Shown here piece after piece: positions 44,063 to 53,660 of a stretch of 64,000 nucleotides of DNA. Position 1 is the stretch's first letter, and each line of letters starts with the position of its first letter. Source of the DNA: Synergistaceae bacterium (lineage in GTDB: Bacteria; Synergistota; Synergistia; Synergistales; Aminobacteriaceae); assembly GCA_017470485.1 (NCBI GenBank), contig JAFUYQ010000012.1, positions 21,535-85,534 of the forward strand, given 5' to 3'. The notes beneath the pieces are model-generated. The model saw nothing but the letters and a program-made list of their open reading frames with translations. It was not told the DNA's origin and did not search any database. The position numbers and the translations under genes are program-made.

Positions 44063-44443
44063 ATGAGCGCGCAGAAAGATAAAAAATCAGCACAGTCCCC
44101 TGACAGCAAAAAGAAAATCATCATCGGCGTTATTGCTGTTATAGTCCTTCTCAACATCATGTGGACGGTAATGCAGAACAGATTCACACCGAAACTTGAC
44201 GAGGTCAAAGCCTCAATGGCCGCCCTCGAAAAAAGAATCGTGAAACTCGAAAACGGCGGACTTCCCGATGTCGCTAACCTCAAGGAAGATTTCGCAGCTC
44301 TGAAAGCGGTATCAGACAAATTCTCAGACAGAATCATTCAGGCTCTGAAAACTGAAGAAGACCAGCTCGCTTACTTAGAGGCTCAGGTCGAGGCTCAGAA
44401 AGCAAGAGTCGAATCGCTCAAGAAAATGGCAGCATCAGAATAA
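44063..44443 (+). CDS. Small membrane-anchored coiled-coil protein (unknown function)
   Basis: ATG 44063 follows GGAGGG. The track ORF start at 44009 would lie inside the rplL terminator. Basic N-terminus, one TM (IIIGVIAVIVLLNIMW), then helical heptad sequence. Confidence 0.5.
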   Translation: MSAQKDKKSAQSPDSKKKIIIGVIAVIVLLNIMWTVMQNRFTPKLDEVKASMAALEKRIVKLENGGLPDVANLKEDFAALKAVSDKFSDRIIQALKTEEDQLAYLEAQVEAQKARVESLKKMAASE

Positions 44444-44521
44444 CATACAGCGCACCTCCTTTAGAATTGCCCCCGTTGAAATCTTCGGGGGTTTTCTTGT
44501 ACCCTGAATATAGCGAAAGGA

Positions 44522-45139
44522 TTGATGATTATCATGAAATGCAACGCCTGCGGCGCACCGTTGGAGGCCGGTCAGGAGAAATGCACTTACTGCGGAACGC
44601 TGACCCCTTACGGCGAGGAGAAATTCAAACAGCGCGAGGCTCAGAAAATTGAGGCCGAGCGTCAGCAGAGACTCGACAACCTTCCGGCCATGAAGTTCGT
44701 ACCGGCAAGCGCGACCGTTTTACTCTACATCTTCACGGGAACGTTCTATTCGCCCTACTGGTACGCAGTCAGAATGAAATCCCTCAACTCTCTCGGCACT
44801 AAGGCTAAACTTCAGGCTTGGGCTGTCGGAATTTTCGCGGTTCTGATGTTCGCAACGTTCATGCTCCCGTCCTATGACCTCACCGCTTCGGGAATATCCG
44901 AAGAATTGTCCGAAAATATATATAATACCGTCCTTGCTCTCCTGATTCTCGTGTCAGGCTGGCTCGCTTACTCCGTCAAAAATATACTTCAGGAACATGC
45001 CTCCCAGTTCATCGGGAAAACTAACGCCGTTCAGTCAATAGCAAATTCAAATCTCATGCTGATACTTTTCGGGCCTGCTTACCTTCAGCTTCAGGTCAAC
45101 AAGATGATTAAAATGAACATGTTTGCTCCGAAAATCTAA
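44522..45139 (+). CDS. Zinc-ribbon plus DUF4234-like membrane protein
   Basis: N-terminal CNACGAPLEAGQEKCTYCG zinc ribbon, followed by TM segments with the FTGTFYSPYWY motif (DUF4234-like GiY..yW). Confidence 0.5.
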   Translation: MMIIMKCNACGAPLEAGQEKCTYCGTLTPYGEEKFKQREAQKIEAERQQRLDNLPAMKFVPASATVLLYIFTGTFYSPYWYAVRMKSLNSLGTKAKLQAWAVGIFAVLMFATFMLPSYDLTASGISEELSENIYNTVLALLILVSGWLAYSVKNILQEHASQFIGKTNAVQSIANSNLMLILFGPAYLQLQVNKMIKMNMFAPKI

Positions 45140-45154
45140 GCTCAAAAAAAATTA

Positions 45155-45176
45155 CCCCCTGTTCTTAGGCAGGGGG
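45155..45176. terminator. Bidirectional terminator hairpin
   Basis: A-run, stem ccccctg / caggggg, then cttt. It lies between convergent genes. Confidence 0.5.
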
Positions 45177-45187
45177 CTTTCATTCAA

Positions 45188-45913
45188 TTACTTCGCGTTC
45201 TTCACGTATTCATTTCTGTCCTTCAATGCCCTTTCAGCCGTAACACACGCACTGTTCACAGCGTTCGAGTCCCCTGACTTCGCCGCCTCCTGAAGTCCCT
45301 TTACTGCGTCTTCAAGCGAACGTTCAAGCCTTCCGCTCGCAGGAGTCGGATCTGAATACCTCACTGCCTCAGATAATCTCATTACCTGCGAAATAACTTC
45401 CTGAGACATTCCGGCTTTCTTGAGGTCTTCGGCAATGTAGCCGACAGCTGAGGCCATTGATGAGAGATTGAGCCTTCCTTCGGCCTGATGTTTCGACTCG
45501 GAACTAGACAGTTTCAGCTCGGCCATGTTGATTAATCCCATAGGCACAAGGAACACCGCAAGCCCTCCGACATGAACAAGCATATAATGAATAACGCTCC
45601 AGCCGGAATAAGCGTTCCAGAACGAAACGACTATCACGAAAAGGAAATATAATCCGCCCAGTATGGCCTTTGAGAAACTCACAGGAATATTTTTCCCCTT
45701 GTTTCCGCGCCACGCAATGCCTGCAAAAAGCAACGTCTCAAGCACAAGCCCGAACACTAAAAATCCAACTGAAATCCAAAACATTGTACCCCTCTGCTCA
45801 GGCGTTGTGAGGTAGTAGACGAACACAGCTGAAACCAGACCGATTAACGCCATTATCAGAAAGATATTGAAGACCTGACGAACCTTGTTGAAGAATTTTC
45901 CCATCGTAATCAC
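45188..45913 (-). CDS. Membrane protein (4 TM) with cytoplasmic helical tail, last gene of the SPFH operon
   Basis: 241 aa. Four hydrophobic segments, then about 100 aa of helical hydrophilic tail. 4-nt gap from the SPFH gene. Confidence 0.5.
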   Translation of the reverse strand: MITMGKFFNKVRQVFNIFLIMALIGLVSAVFVYYLTTPEQRGTMFWISVGFLVFGLVLETLLFAGIAWRGNKGKNIPVSFSKAILGGLYFLFVIVVSFWNAYSGWSVIHYMLVHVGGLAVFLVPMGLINMAELKLSSSESKHQAEGRLNLSSMASAVGYIAEDLKKAGMSQEVISQVMRLSEAVRYSDPTPASGRLERSLEDAVKGLQEAAKSGDSNAVNSACVTAERALKDRNEYVKNAK

Positions 45914-45917
45914 TCCT

Positions 45918-47027
45918 TTATATTTGTTTTCCGCAGTTCGGGCAGAATTTCGCGCCGGGTATCAGCGCATTACCGCAGCCGGGACATACAAGCCTCGCTC
46001 CGCAGTTCATGCAGAATTTTGCGCCGCTGACTACCGGCTGACCGCATGAAGGACATTTCTGCCCCTGTGCCGCCTGATTCACCGAAGGTGCTGAGGGCTG
46101 AGGGTTAGGAGCTTGAGGATTGATGTACTGCCCCATTTGAGAGGCCATTTGACCTATTGCACCGCCCATTCCCATTCCTGCACCAAGTCCGACACCTGCG
46201 CCGAGTAATGAACTGCCTCCCTCATTCTTAGCGGCAGATTCCATAACGTCAAATGAGCGTTTCTGCTGGTAGTTGTAGCCCATTACGTTCATTGAAGCGC
46301 GCTCGGCCATTGCGGATTTGAGCTTCTTTATTCCCTCGTCGTCGTCAATGACGTTCACCGAGCCGAAATAGAAATTCAGAGGCTCAATACCGTAGAGCGC
46401 GAATTCCGGACGGATTCTCTCTACGGCCTCGTTCGACATGTCCTCAAGGTATGCGTTTATCTCGAAGATGTTGACTTTCTTTTTGGCTATGTAAGTCGCT
46501 ATCATGTCGCCCATTCTTGAGAGGATTAAACCCTTGAAGTATTCTGCGACTTCATCACGGGTGATTGAGGATTTATTGCCCGAAAGTTTGAGGACGAACT
46601 GACGGCTGTCATTGACTCTCATTCCGAACTGTCCGAAAGCCCTGACATAAATCGGAATTTGATACTCAGGGTCGCGGAGGAGAATAGGATTTTGAGTTCC
46701 CCATTTGACGTCGAGAATGCTGACTTTGTTGACGAACCATACGCCTGCTTTGAACGCGCTTTCACCGCCGGTTGCTAGGTTGATGAGGCGGCCTAACATT
46801 GGGATATTGTTTGTCGAGAGGGTATGCCTTCCTGCGCCGAAAAGGTCTAATGCCTGACCGTCCTTGAAGAGGATTGCTTCCTGAGTTTCGCGGACTACGA
46901 GCTGAGTCCAGTTTCCGAGTTCATCGCTTTTAGAAGGGTTTTTACGGTCAACGTAACGCCATGCCAAAATTTCGTTAGAGTTGAGACTGTTGTCCCATTG
47001 TACTATTTGAACTATTGCCATTTTCAC
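45918..47027 (-). CDS. SPFH/band-7 family protein with C-terminal double zinc ribbon (COG4260, YdjI-like)
   Basis: N-terminal SPFH-like region (ILAWRY...LVVRETQEAILFKDGQALDLFGAGRHTLSTNNIPML), a Gly-rich linker, and the C-terminal CPSCGQPVVSGAKFCMNCGARLVCPGCGNALIPGAKFCPNCG. Confidence 0.7.
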   Translation of the reverse strand: MKMAIVQIVQWDNSLNSNEILAWRYVDRKNPSKSDELGNWTQLVVRETQEAILFKDGQALDLFGAGRHTLSTNNIPMLGRLINLATGGESAFKAGVWFVNKVSILDVKWGTQNPILLRDPEYQIPIYVRAFGQFGMRVNDSRQFVLKLSGNKSSITRDEVAEYFKGLILSRMGDMIATYIAKKKVNIFEINAYLEDMSNEAVERIRPEFALYGIEPLNFYFGSVNVIDDDEGIKKLKSAMAERASMNVMGYNYQQKRSFDVMESAAKNEGGSSLLGAGVGLGAGMGMGGAIGQMASQMGQYINPQAPNPQPSAPSVNQAAQGQKCPSCGQPVVSGAKFCMNCGARLVCPGCGNALIPGAKFCPNCGKQI

Positions 47028-47033
47028 ACGTCC

Positions 47034-47483
47034 TTATCTGAATAGATTATTTAAGAGAATATCCCAGCTTCCGCTCATTTTGAGGATTATATAGCCGGAG
47101 AGAATAAACAGGAATGAGGCTGTTATGCTCTGGAGGACTCCGTACCAGAATGAAGGTTTTACGGATTCAGCGAGTTTTTCGTACTTTGTGCAGTATTCCT
47201 GTGAGAGACGCTGTTTTTCTTCGGCAATCTCATCTTCGTACGAGGCGTTTAGAAATTCGCGCATCATTCTTCTTGCCTGATTTCTGTAGAGGTCAAGGAC
47301 ATAATCAGTCTGGTTAGCGTAAAACTCCTCAAAAATATCTTCTGGAATTACCATTACTCCGAGTTCTGCCTGTTTTTTTGCGACAAACTCTGTTTTGGTT
47401 CTCTTATATATACTATAAGCAATTTGCCCTGCCACATCATTGTCATCTTTAACGAGGCGGCTGTAAATATCTGAATAAGCCAT
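47034..47483 (-). CDS. Hypothetical protein with C-terminal TM
   Basis: 149 aa. Helical soluble part plus a C-terminal hydrophobic segment (VLQSITASFLFILSGYIILKM). 6-nt gap to the SPFH gene. Confidence 0.45.
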   Translation of the reverse strand: MAYSDIYSRLVKDDNDVAGQIAYSIYKRTKTEFVAKKQAELGVMVIPEDIFEEFYANQTDYVLDLYRNQARRMMREFLNASYEDEIAEEKQRLSQEYCTKYEKLAESVKPSFWYGVLQSITASFLFILSGYIILKMSGSWDILLNNLFR

Positions 47484-47487
47484 TCTG

Positions 47488-47676
47488 TTACTTCCCTTCT
47501 TTCGGTATAATAAATCGTTCGACTCTCATTGAGGCCTCTCTCAACGCCCGTTCAATATCTTCATCAGAAAATTTGTCGCTTATACGATATTCCGGCTTTA
47601 TGCCAAGAATCATTTTCATGTTTGCGCGATCTACTGTGTCCATGCCGAAGCCCCTTCGTTCCTGCATGTGAATCAA
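47488..47676 (-). CDS. Small hypothetical protein
   Basis: 62-aa ORF, 4 nt upstream of the next gene on the same strand. No recognisable motif. Confidence 0.3.
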   Translation of the reverse strand: MIHMQERRGFGMDTVDRANMKMILGIKPEYRISDKFSDEDIERALREASMRVERFIIPKEGK

Positions 47677-47756
47677 TCCTCCTTTGAGCTAATTATACTG
47701 TATTGTCGCATAAAAAATGCCCTCCCAATTCCTGAGAGGACATCATTCCTAAATCA

Positions 47757-48035
47757 TCATACTGCAATTCTCGAATACAAATCTGTATCAGCTTTCACTA
47801 ACGCGGCTATCTCACCGGCTTCCAGTTTCACATCTTCAAGCCTACGTGCTTCAGGAACTTCAAGCCCCTGCGTCTCAGCGTCGAGCAGCATCAAATTCAA
47901 TACATCTTCGGCGTTGTCCAGTGCCTCGCGCAAAGTTTCACCGTCCGTGAAACAATTTCTAATGTCAGGGAAATCTACGTAATATATTTTGTCCTGAAAA
48001 TCATAACTTATTACTGCCGGATATTCATACTTCAT
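47757..48035 (-). CDS. hicB: HicB-family antitoxin
   Basis: YPAVISYDFQDKIYYVDFPDIRNCFTDGETLREALDNAEDVLNLML is a HicB/UPF0150 N-terminal domain. 4-nt overlap with hicA. Confidence 0.8.
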   Translation of the reverse strand: MKYEYPAVISYDFQDKIYYVDFPDIRNCFTDGETLREALDNAEDVLNLMLLDAETQGLEVPEARRLEDVKLEAGEIAALVKADTDLYSRIAV

Positions 48036-48217
48036 TTTATGCCAGCCTCCCTAAAAATTTTTCGCAGTGTTCCAGGCGGTATGTCCTTGCCGGAATGCCT
48101 CCATACAGGAAAATCACAGCCGGTAATATCCGAGTGCCATACTTCATGATTTGCACCCTCGCGGACGCAATAACATCTGTTAGCCTTAAGTATCCGCAGA
48201 AGCTCAGAACGTTTCAT
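48032..48217 (-). CDS. hicA: HicA-family mRNA interferase toxin
   Basis: 61 aa. MKRSELLRILKANRCYCVREGANHEVWHS...GKDIPPGTLRKIFREAGI is the HicA signature (G.H....h......P.H.g.di..g.l..I...). Confidence 0.85.
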   Translation of the reverse strand: MKRSELLRILKANRCYCVREGANHEVWHSDITGCDFPVWRHSGKDIPPGTLRKIFREAGIK

Positions 48218-48223
48218 GCTATT

Positions 48224-49498
48224 CTACGACAACTGAACAATAGCCGAAGTTACAGGAGCAAATATTGATGTAGCAATGATAGCTATTATTCCTCCGACAA
48301 ACACTATTAACATAGGTTCAAGCAATGACACAGTAGCTTTGACCTGCTCATCGAGTTCCTGATCGTACCATGTCGCGACTCTTTCAAGCATGTTGTCAAG
48401 ATGTCCTGTCTCCTCGCCTATCCTCATCATCTGCGACACAAGCACAGGAAATATTCCTGCCTGCCTTGCCGAATCTCCGAGCGATATTCCTCTTGTTACG
48501 CCCAGCCTCAAATTCGCGTACCCTTCCTCAACGGCAGCATTGCCGGCAGTACCTTCGGCCATCTCAAGCCCCCTCACTATCGGAACTCCTGCGGCGGTCA
48601 GTGCCGATAGCGTCCGGCTTGAACGCGCCATTGACGCTTTCATGATTAAGTCCTTCATGACGGGGATTTTGAGTTTTATTCTGTCCATCATTCCTTTAGT
48701 GTGCTTGTTCGTTGAAAGTATGTGAAGCCCGAATACTATTCCGGCAAATATCAGCGCAACTATGTACCAGTTCCGCGAAAACCAGTTCCCCACCGCAAAC
48801 ATTACAAGTGTTACCTGCGGAAGGTCGATATTCAGCGCGGCGAATGTCTCCTCGAATTTCGGCACCAGAAACATAAAGAAGAATATCAGTATTCCGACTG
48901 CAAACAGCATTATGAATGCAGGGTAGAACATTGCGCTCTTAATCTTGCTCCTTAACTGTTCCTGTTTCTCAAGTAAAACTGCCGACTGTTCAAGCGACTG
49001 TCCTAAAAGTCCTCCCTCTTCCCCTGCCTCTATCAATGAAATTATCAGCGCATTGAAAGCCTTTTCCTGACTCATTGCCTGACTTAACGGCATTCCCCTG
49101 TCAAGTCTGCTCTTAATGTTGTTGAGGGCGTACCTTAATGAAACGTTTTTTTCTCCGCCGGCTATTACGTCTATTGATGTTGCGAGGCTTAGACCGGCAT
49201 TCTCCATTGTCGAGAGCTGACGGAAGAATACCATCAATGATTTAAGGGGTACTTTCCCTCCGCTGAGAAGATGTCCGATGTCAAGACTCATCAGCGATTT
49301 AAGGGACATTCCGCCCGAAGATGATGGTTTATTCGCAGGAGTGCCGGACAGTGTCGGCTTAGTTCCCTGAGCGTTAAGGTTAATGACTATCATTCCGCGC
49401 CCTCTGAGAGTGTTCAAAGCCTCCTTCTGGTCGTCAGCGTCAACATAGCCTTCAACAATTTCGCCGTCTGAAGCTCTTGCACGGTACTTGAAGTTCAT
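48224..49498 (-). CDS. pilC: Type IV pilus/T2SS platform protein (PilC/GspF family)
   Basis: 424 aa. Duplicated GspF domains with three TM segments, downstream of pilB-pilT. Confidence 0.85.
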   Translation of the reverse strand: MNFKYRARASDGEIVEGYVDADDQKEALNTLRGRGMIVINLNAQGTKPTLSGTPANKPSSSGGMSLKSLMSLDIGHLLSGGKVPLKSLMVFFRQLSTMENAGLSLATSIDVIAGGEKNVSLRYALNNIKSRLDRGMPLSQAMSQEKAFNALIISLIEAGEEGGLLGQSLEQSAVLLEKQEQLRSKIKSAMFYPAFIMLFAVGILIFFFMFLVPKFEETFAALNIDLPQVTLVMFAVGNWFSRNWYIVALIFAGIVFGLHILSTNKHTKGMMDRIKLKIPVMKDLIMKASMARSSRTLSALTAAGVPIVRGLEMAEGTAGNAAVEEGYANLRLGVTRGISLGDSARQAGIFPVLVSQMMRIGEETGHLDNMLERVATWYDQELDEQVKATVSLLEPMLIVFVGGIIAIIATSIFAPVTSAIVQLS

Positions 49499-49520
49499 GA
49501 ACAGCCAGCCCCTTTCCGAG

Positions 49521-50633
49521 TTAGATTCCTGCGGACATTACGCGCTCGATTTCGGCTTGGTCGTAAGCGAAACTCTTGGCCGTTGAACGCGAAATCTTAC
49601 CTTCCTTGACCCACCTCACTAAATCCTGTTCCATCGTGTGCATTCCGAAACTCATTCCCGTAAGCATTGCGTTTCGGATACTGCTTATCTTTCCCTCGCG
49701 AATGCTTGCGCGGATTGCAGGGGTTGTAATCAGAATTTCAGTGGCGCAAACTCTGCCTTTTATGTCTTCTCTGGGTATTAACTGCTGTGAGCATATTCCC
49801 AAGAGAGTATAGGCTAGCTGGAGACGAATCTGATTCTGCTGATGGGGAGGGAAAACGTCAACGATACGTTCGATTGACTGTGAAGCGTCCTGAGTGTGAA
49901 GCGTTCCGAAAACCAAGTGGCCGGTTTCGGCGGCGGTTATTGCCGCTCCGATTGTCTCTAAATCTCTCATTTCTCCTATCATTATGACATCGGGGTCTTG
50001 GCGCAGAACATGGCGTATTCCCGACGCGAAGTTCTCAGTGTCATGGCCGATTTCGCGCTGGTGAATTACAGAAAGTTCGGGCGTGTGAATGTACTCGATA
50101 GGGTCTTCAATCGTAACGATGTGAGCCTTTCGCTTGCGGTTAATCTCGCTGATGATTGCGGCGAGGGTTGAGCTTTTTCCGTGTCCTGTAGGGCCTGTAG
50201 CGAGGAATAAGCCTCTGTGTTTCTGGGACATCGTTTTCAGGATTGCAGGCAGTCCCAGTTCGTCGAGCGAACGTATCACTGTCGGCACAAGCCTGAACGT
50301 CAATGATACCCCATTCATCTCTCTGTACGCGCTGCCTCTGAATCTCTGAGTACCGTATGTGAACGCGAAATCTAAATCGCCTGTCCTGTTGAAGCGTTCG
50401 AGCTGTGAGTCAGTGAGAATTTCGCTGATGAATTTTTCGAGTGCCTCTTTCGTGAAGATGACGGACGAGTCAATATAGTTGAGTTCGCCGTGTACTCTGA
50501 GGGCAGGAAGACAGCCTGAGCTTAAATGAATATCGCTTGCGCCGTCATTGATTGAAAGGTTAATGAGCTTCTCTAAATCCGGATTGTTAAATTGTTGCAC
50601 TGAATACTTCCTCCATTGATGTATATCCGGCAA
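49521..50633 (-). CDS. pilT: Type IV pilus retraction ATPase PilT
   Basis: GLFLATGPTGHGKSST (Walker A), IMIGEMRD and GHLVFGTLHT are PilT-type, at about 360 aa. The annotated start overlaps pilB by 47 nt. An in-frame GTG near 50600 would reduce the overlap. Confidence 0.9.
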   Translation of the reverse strand: MPDIHQWRKYSVQQFNNPDLEKLINLSINDGASDIHLSSGCLPALRVHGELNYIDSSVIFTKEALEKFISEILTDSQLERFNRTGDLDFAFTYGTQRFRGSAYREMNGVSLTFRLVPTVIRSLDELGLPAILKTMSQKHRGLFLATGPTGHGKSSTLAAIISEINRKRKAHIVTIEDPIEYIHTPELSVIHQREIGHDTENFASGIRHVLRQDPDVIMIGEMRDLETIGAAITAAETGHLVFGTLHTQDASQSIERIVDVFPPHQQNQIRLQLAYTLLGICSQQLIPREDIKGRVCATEILITTPAIRASIREGKISSIRNAMLTGMSFGMHTMEQDLVRWVKEGKISRSTAKSFAYDQAEIERVMSAGI

Positions 50634-52269
50634 GCACAGCGTTTATACCTGCCTGCCTTAATGTTTTCATACCATCTTCTATTGCCGCGTTTCTTAATTC
50701 AAGAGTGTCAGCACCCTTGATAATCAGCTCCCTTAAATGGTCGTTAAGCACCATGATTTCATAAATTCCGCGTCTTCCCCTGTAACCGTGCCGGCAGTTC
50801 GGGCAGCCTACGGGACGGAATGCAGTAGTCCCTTCGGGAACGCCGATTTTCTTGCAGATTACATCATCGAGTTCGTACTCCTGTTTGCAGTGGGGGCATA
50901 AGCACCTTACAAGACGCTGTGCGATAACCCCTGTCAACGATGCGGCAAGAAGGAACGGTGCTACTCCCATGTCAATAATTCTTACTGCCGCGCTCGGAGC
51001 GTCATTAGTGTGCAATGACGACAGAACAAAATGTCCCGTTAATGCCGAACGTATAGCAATCTGAGCGGTCGGGGTGTCTCTAATCTCTCCTATCATTATT
51101 TTATCGGGATCCTGCCTCAGAATTGAACGGAGTGCGCTCTCGAAGGTCAATCCTGCTTTCTCGTTGACGTTTACCTGATTTATGCCCGGAATGTAGAACT
51201 CTACGGGGTCTTCAACGGTGATGATATTGATGTCGGGATTGCTGATTTTCTTGAGCATTGAGTAAAGCGTTGTTGATTTCCCAGAACCTGTAGGGCCTGT
51301 AGCTAACATCATTCCCCAAGGGGTGCCGCAGAACTGCTCAATATGCTTCATGTCATCGTCCTCAAGCCCCAAGTGTTCGAGTTCAACGAATGAATTATCG
51401 CGGTCAAGGATTCTGAGGACTACCTTCTCGCCGCTCATAGTGGGCAGCGAACTGACGCGCAAATCTATATGTCTTCCGTCAATAATCGTGAGTATGCGTC
51501 CGTCCTGAGGTCTTCTTTTTTCGGCAATGTCCATGCCGGCCATGATTTTCAGACGCGAGATGACCGCAGGCTGAACGACAGCAGGGTACTGGTTATGCAC
51601 GTATAACGCTCCGTCAACTCTGAAGCGTATACGGCTCATCTGTTCGTAAGCCTCGAAGTGAATATCTGAAGCGTTCTCCCTTACTGCCTGCTGAATGGCG
51701 TTGTTTACGAGTTCGATTAACGGGGCATCGTCAGGGTTCATTGTTGTTGTAGTCGCCGCTAACGGCGTGTAAGTGTCCCCTGCGTCCACTGTGTCGGTCA
51801 TGGCTCCTTGAAGGGTTTGGCTGAAGTCGTACATTCGGGACAGATTGCGCGTAATATCATCGCCGCCGGACGTAGCAATTCTTAGGTCATGGCCGGTGAG
51901 CATTTTTATCTCGTCCTGAGCCGGAAGGTCTAACGGGTCTGACATCGTAACGAGCAGTGTATCATCATCATCGAGTTTCAGCGGAATGAGCTGTAATCTC
52001 TCGGCAACGTTACGCGGAATCATTTTAATGGCTTCGTCTTCGGGCTGGTAACGGTCGAGCTGAATGAACTGTAATTCGAGCTGAACAGCTAAAGTTTCGG
52101 CAACCTGAGTGGGAGTTAATGCGCCTAATGATACGAGGATTTCTCCTAATCTTTTATCAGAAGATTTCTGAAGCATTAGGGCTTTATCAAGGGAGTCCTG
52201 GCTTACGAGGTCATATTCGCGGAGAATTTCGCCGAAACGCTTTCGCTGTGTAAAAAATATATCCTGCAA
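50587..52269 (-). CDS. pilB: Type IV pilus assembly ATPase PilB/GspE
   Basis: 560 aa. N-terminal MshEN/GSPII domain, Walker A GMMLATGPTGSGKSTT, IMIGEIRD, GHFVLSSLHTND, and a tetracysteine CPHC...CPNC motif. Confidence 0.9.
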   Translation of the reverse strand: MQDIFFTQRKRFGEILREYDLVSQDSLDKALMLQKSSDKRLGEILVSLGALTPTQVAETLAVQLELQFIQLDRYQPEDEAIKMIPRNVAERLQLIPLKLDDDDTLLVTMSDPLDLPAQDEIKMLTGHDLRIATSGGDDITRNLSRMYDFSQTLQGAMTDTVDAGDTYTPLAATTTTMNPDDAPLIELVNNAIQQAVRENASDIHFEAYEQMSRIRFRVDGALYVHNQYPAVVQPAVISRLKIMAGMDIAEKRRPQDGRILTIIDGRHIDLRVSSLPTMSGEKVVLRILDRDNSFVELEHLGLEDDDMKHIEQFCGTPWGMMLATGPTGSGKSTTLYSMLKKISNPDINIITVEDPVEFYIPGINQVNVNEKAGLTFESALRSILRQDPDKIMIGEIRDTPTAQIAIRSALTGHFVLSSLHTNDAPSAAVRIIDMGVAPFLLAASLTGVIAQRLVRCLCPHCKQEYELDDVICKKIGVPEGTTAFRPVGCPNCRHGYRGRRGIYEIMVLNDHLRELIIKGADTLELRNAAIEDGMKTLRQAGINAVLAGYTSMEEVFSATI

Positions 52270-52403
52270 AGTTTAAGTCCTCCTTTGAGATTAACGGTTA
52301 TATTATCGGATTCAACGGGTAAAATTTCAAACTGTCATGCGGAAATTGTTGCGCTATACTTTATACCATATGATATGAAATTTTACAGGGGAGTGATTCA
52401 AAA

Positions 52404-53660
52404 ATGCCTGCAATCATTGCACCAAGAGGAACAAGAGATATTTTACCGGCAGAGTCATGGAAGTGGTCATACATCATAAACACAGCGTCAAAAACTATGA
52501 CTGATTTCGGTTTCCGTGAGATACATCTTCCGGTATTCGAGCATACTGAATTATTCGCGAGGGGTGTCGGAGAGACTACTGACATTGTTGAGAAGGAAAT
52601 GTACACGTTCAATGACAGGGGCGGAAGAAGTATAACCTTACGTCCCGAAGCCACTGCCGGAGTAATGAGGGCTGCAATCGAAAATAACCTCTGCGCTCAG
52701 GGCGCAAGCGCAAAACTCTGGAACTGGGGGCCGATGTTCCGTCATGAACGGCCTCAGAAGGGGCGTTACAGACAGTTCTATCAGATTGATGCCGAGTGTC
52801 TCGGAATTTCGGGGGCTATGGCTGATGTTGAAGTAATTGCATTGAGCATTGAGATTTTCAGGAGGCTGGGACTCAAAAATCTTGAAGTCGTAATTAATTC
52901 AGTAGGCTGTGAGAAATGCAGACCTGTTTACCGTCAGAAGCTGGTCGATTACTTCTCGGCACATCTCGGTGAACTCTGTGAAACCTGCAAAGACCGATTG
53001 AACCGTAACCCTCTCAGAATCCTTGACTGCAAGAAAGAATCATGCGGACGGGTTTCGGACGGGGCACCAGACATTTTCGATTCGTTATGCGATGAATGCC
53101 GTGAACATTTCGCCGAAGTCAGGAGCGGACTCGAACGCTTGGGATTCACTTACACCCTTAACAAAAGACTCGTTCGCGGACTGGACTACTACACGAAGAC
53201 CGCCTATGAAATTTTATCGGGCGATTTAGGCGCGCAGAACGCTGTTGCCGGAGGAGGACGTTACGACAATTTAGCGTCAGCAATCGGAGGGGCTAAGATT
53301 CCGGGCGTAGGGTTTGCGTGCGGATTGGACAGGGTTGCGCTGGTTATGGAGGAACAGGGCTGTTCATTCGGTGAAATGCCGGCGGTTACTGTCTATTGTG
53401 TTGCGCTCGATAACGAATCAAGGGGAGCGGTTCAGGTTCTAACGCACAAATTCAGAACGGAAGGAATTTCCGCCGAGTGCGACACTTCAGGACGGGGCTT
53501 CAAGGCTCAGATGAAATCGGCAGGAAGCTGCAAGTTCGCGTGTATCATCGGTGCTGACGAAAGAGCTAATAACTCAGTGGCCGTGAAAAATCTCTCTGAC
53601 GGTTCACAGATAAGTATTCCAGTCGATGAGGCGGTAACTTACATAAAGGAAAGAATGTGA
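52404..53660 (+). CDS. hisS: Histidine--tRNA ligase
   Basis: PRGTRDILP, the class II motifs (FRHERPQKGRYRQFYQ; GGGRYDNL) and a C-terminal anticodon-binding domain. Confidence 0.95.
   Translation: MPAIIAPRGTRDILPAESWKWSYIINTASKTMTDFGFREIHLPVFEHTELFARGVGETTDIVEKEMYTFNDRGGRSITLRPEATAGVMRAAIENNLCAQGASAKLWNWGPMFRHERPQKGRYRQFYQIDAECLGISGAMADVEVIALSIEIFRRLGLKNLEVVINSVGCEKCRPVYRQKLVDYFSAHLGELCETCKDRLNRNPLRILDCKKESCGRVSDGAPDIFDSLCDECREHFAEVRSGLERLGFTYTLNKRLVRGLDYYTKTAYEILSGDLGAQNAVAGGGRYDNLASAIGGAKIPGVGFACGLDRVALVMEEQGCSFGEMPAVTVYCVALDNESRGAVQVLTHKFRTEGISAECDTSGRGFKAQMKSAGSCKFACIIGADERANNSVAVKNLSDGSQISIPVDEAVTYIKERM

Noticed and set aside
50587-50633. 47-nt overlap between pilB and pilT
   Set aside because: It is most likely a start-codon assignment artefact. 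An in-frame GTG lies inside the overlap, and PilT homology begins downstream of it.
52270-52403. Possible T-box leader upstream of hisS
   Set aside because: The gap is only about 134 nt and is shared with the divergent pilB promoter region. That is too short for a T-box, and no T-box sequence or specifier/terminator architecture is visible.
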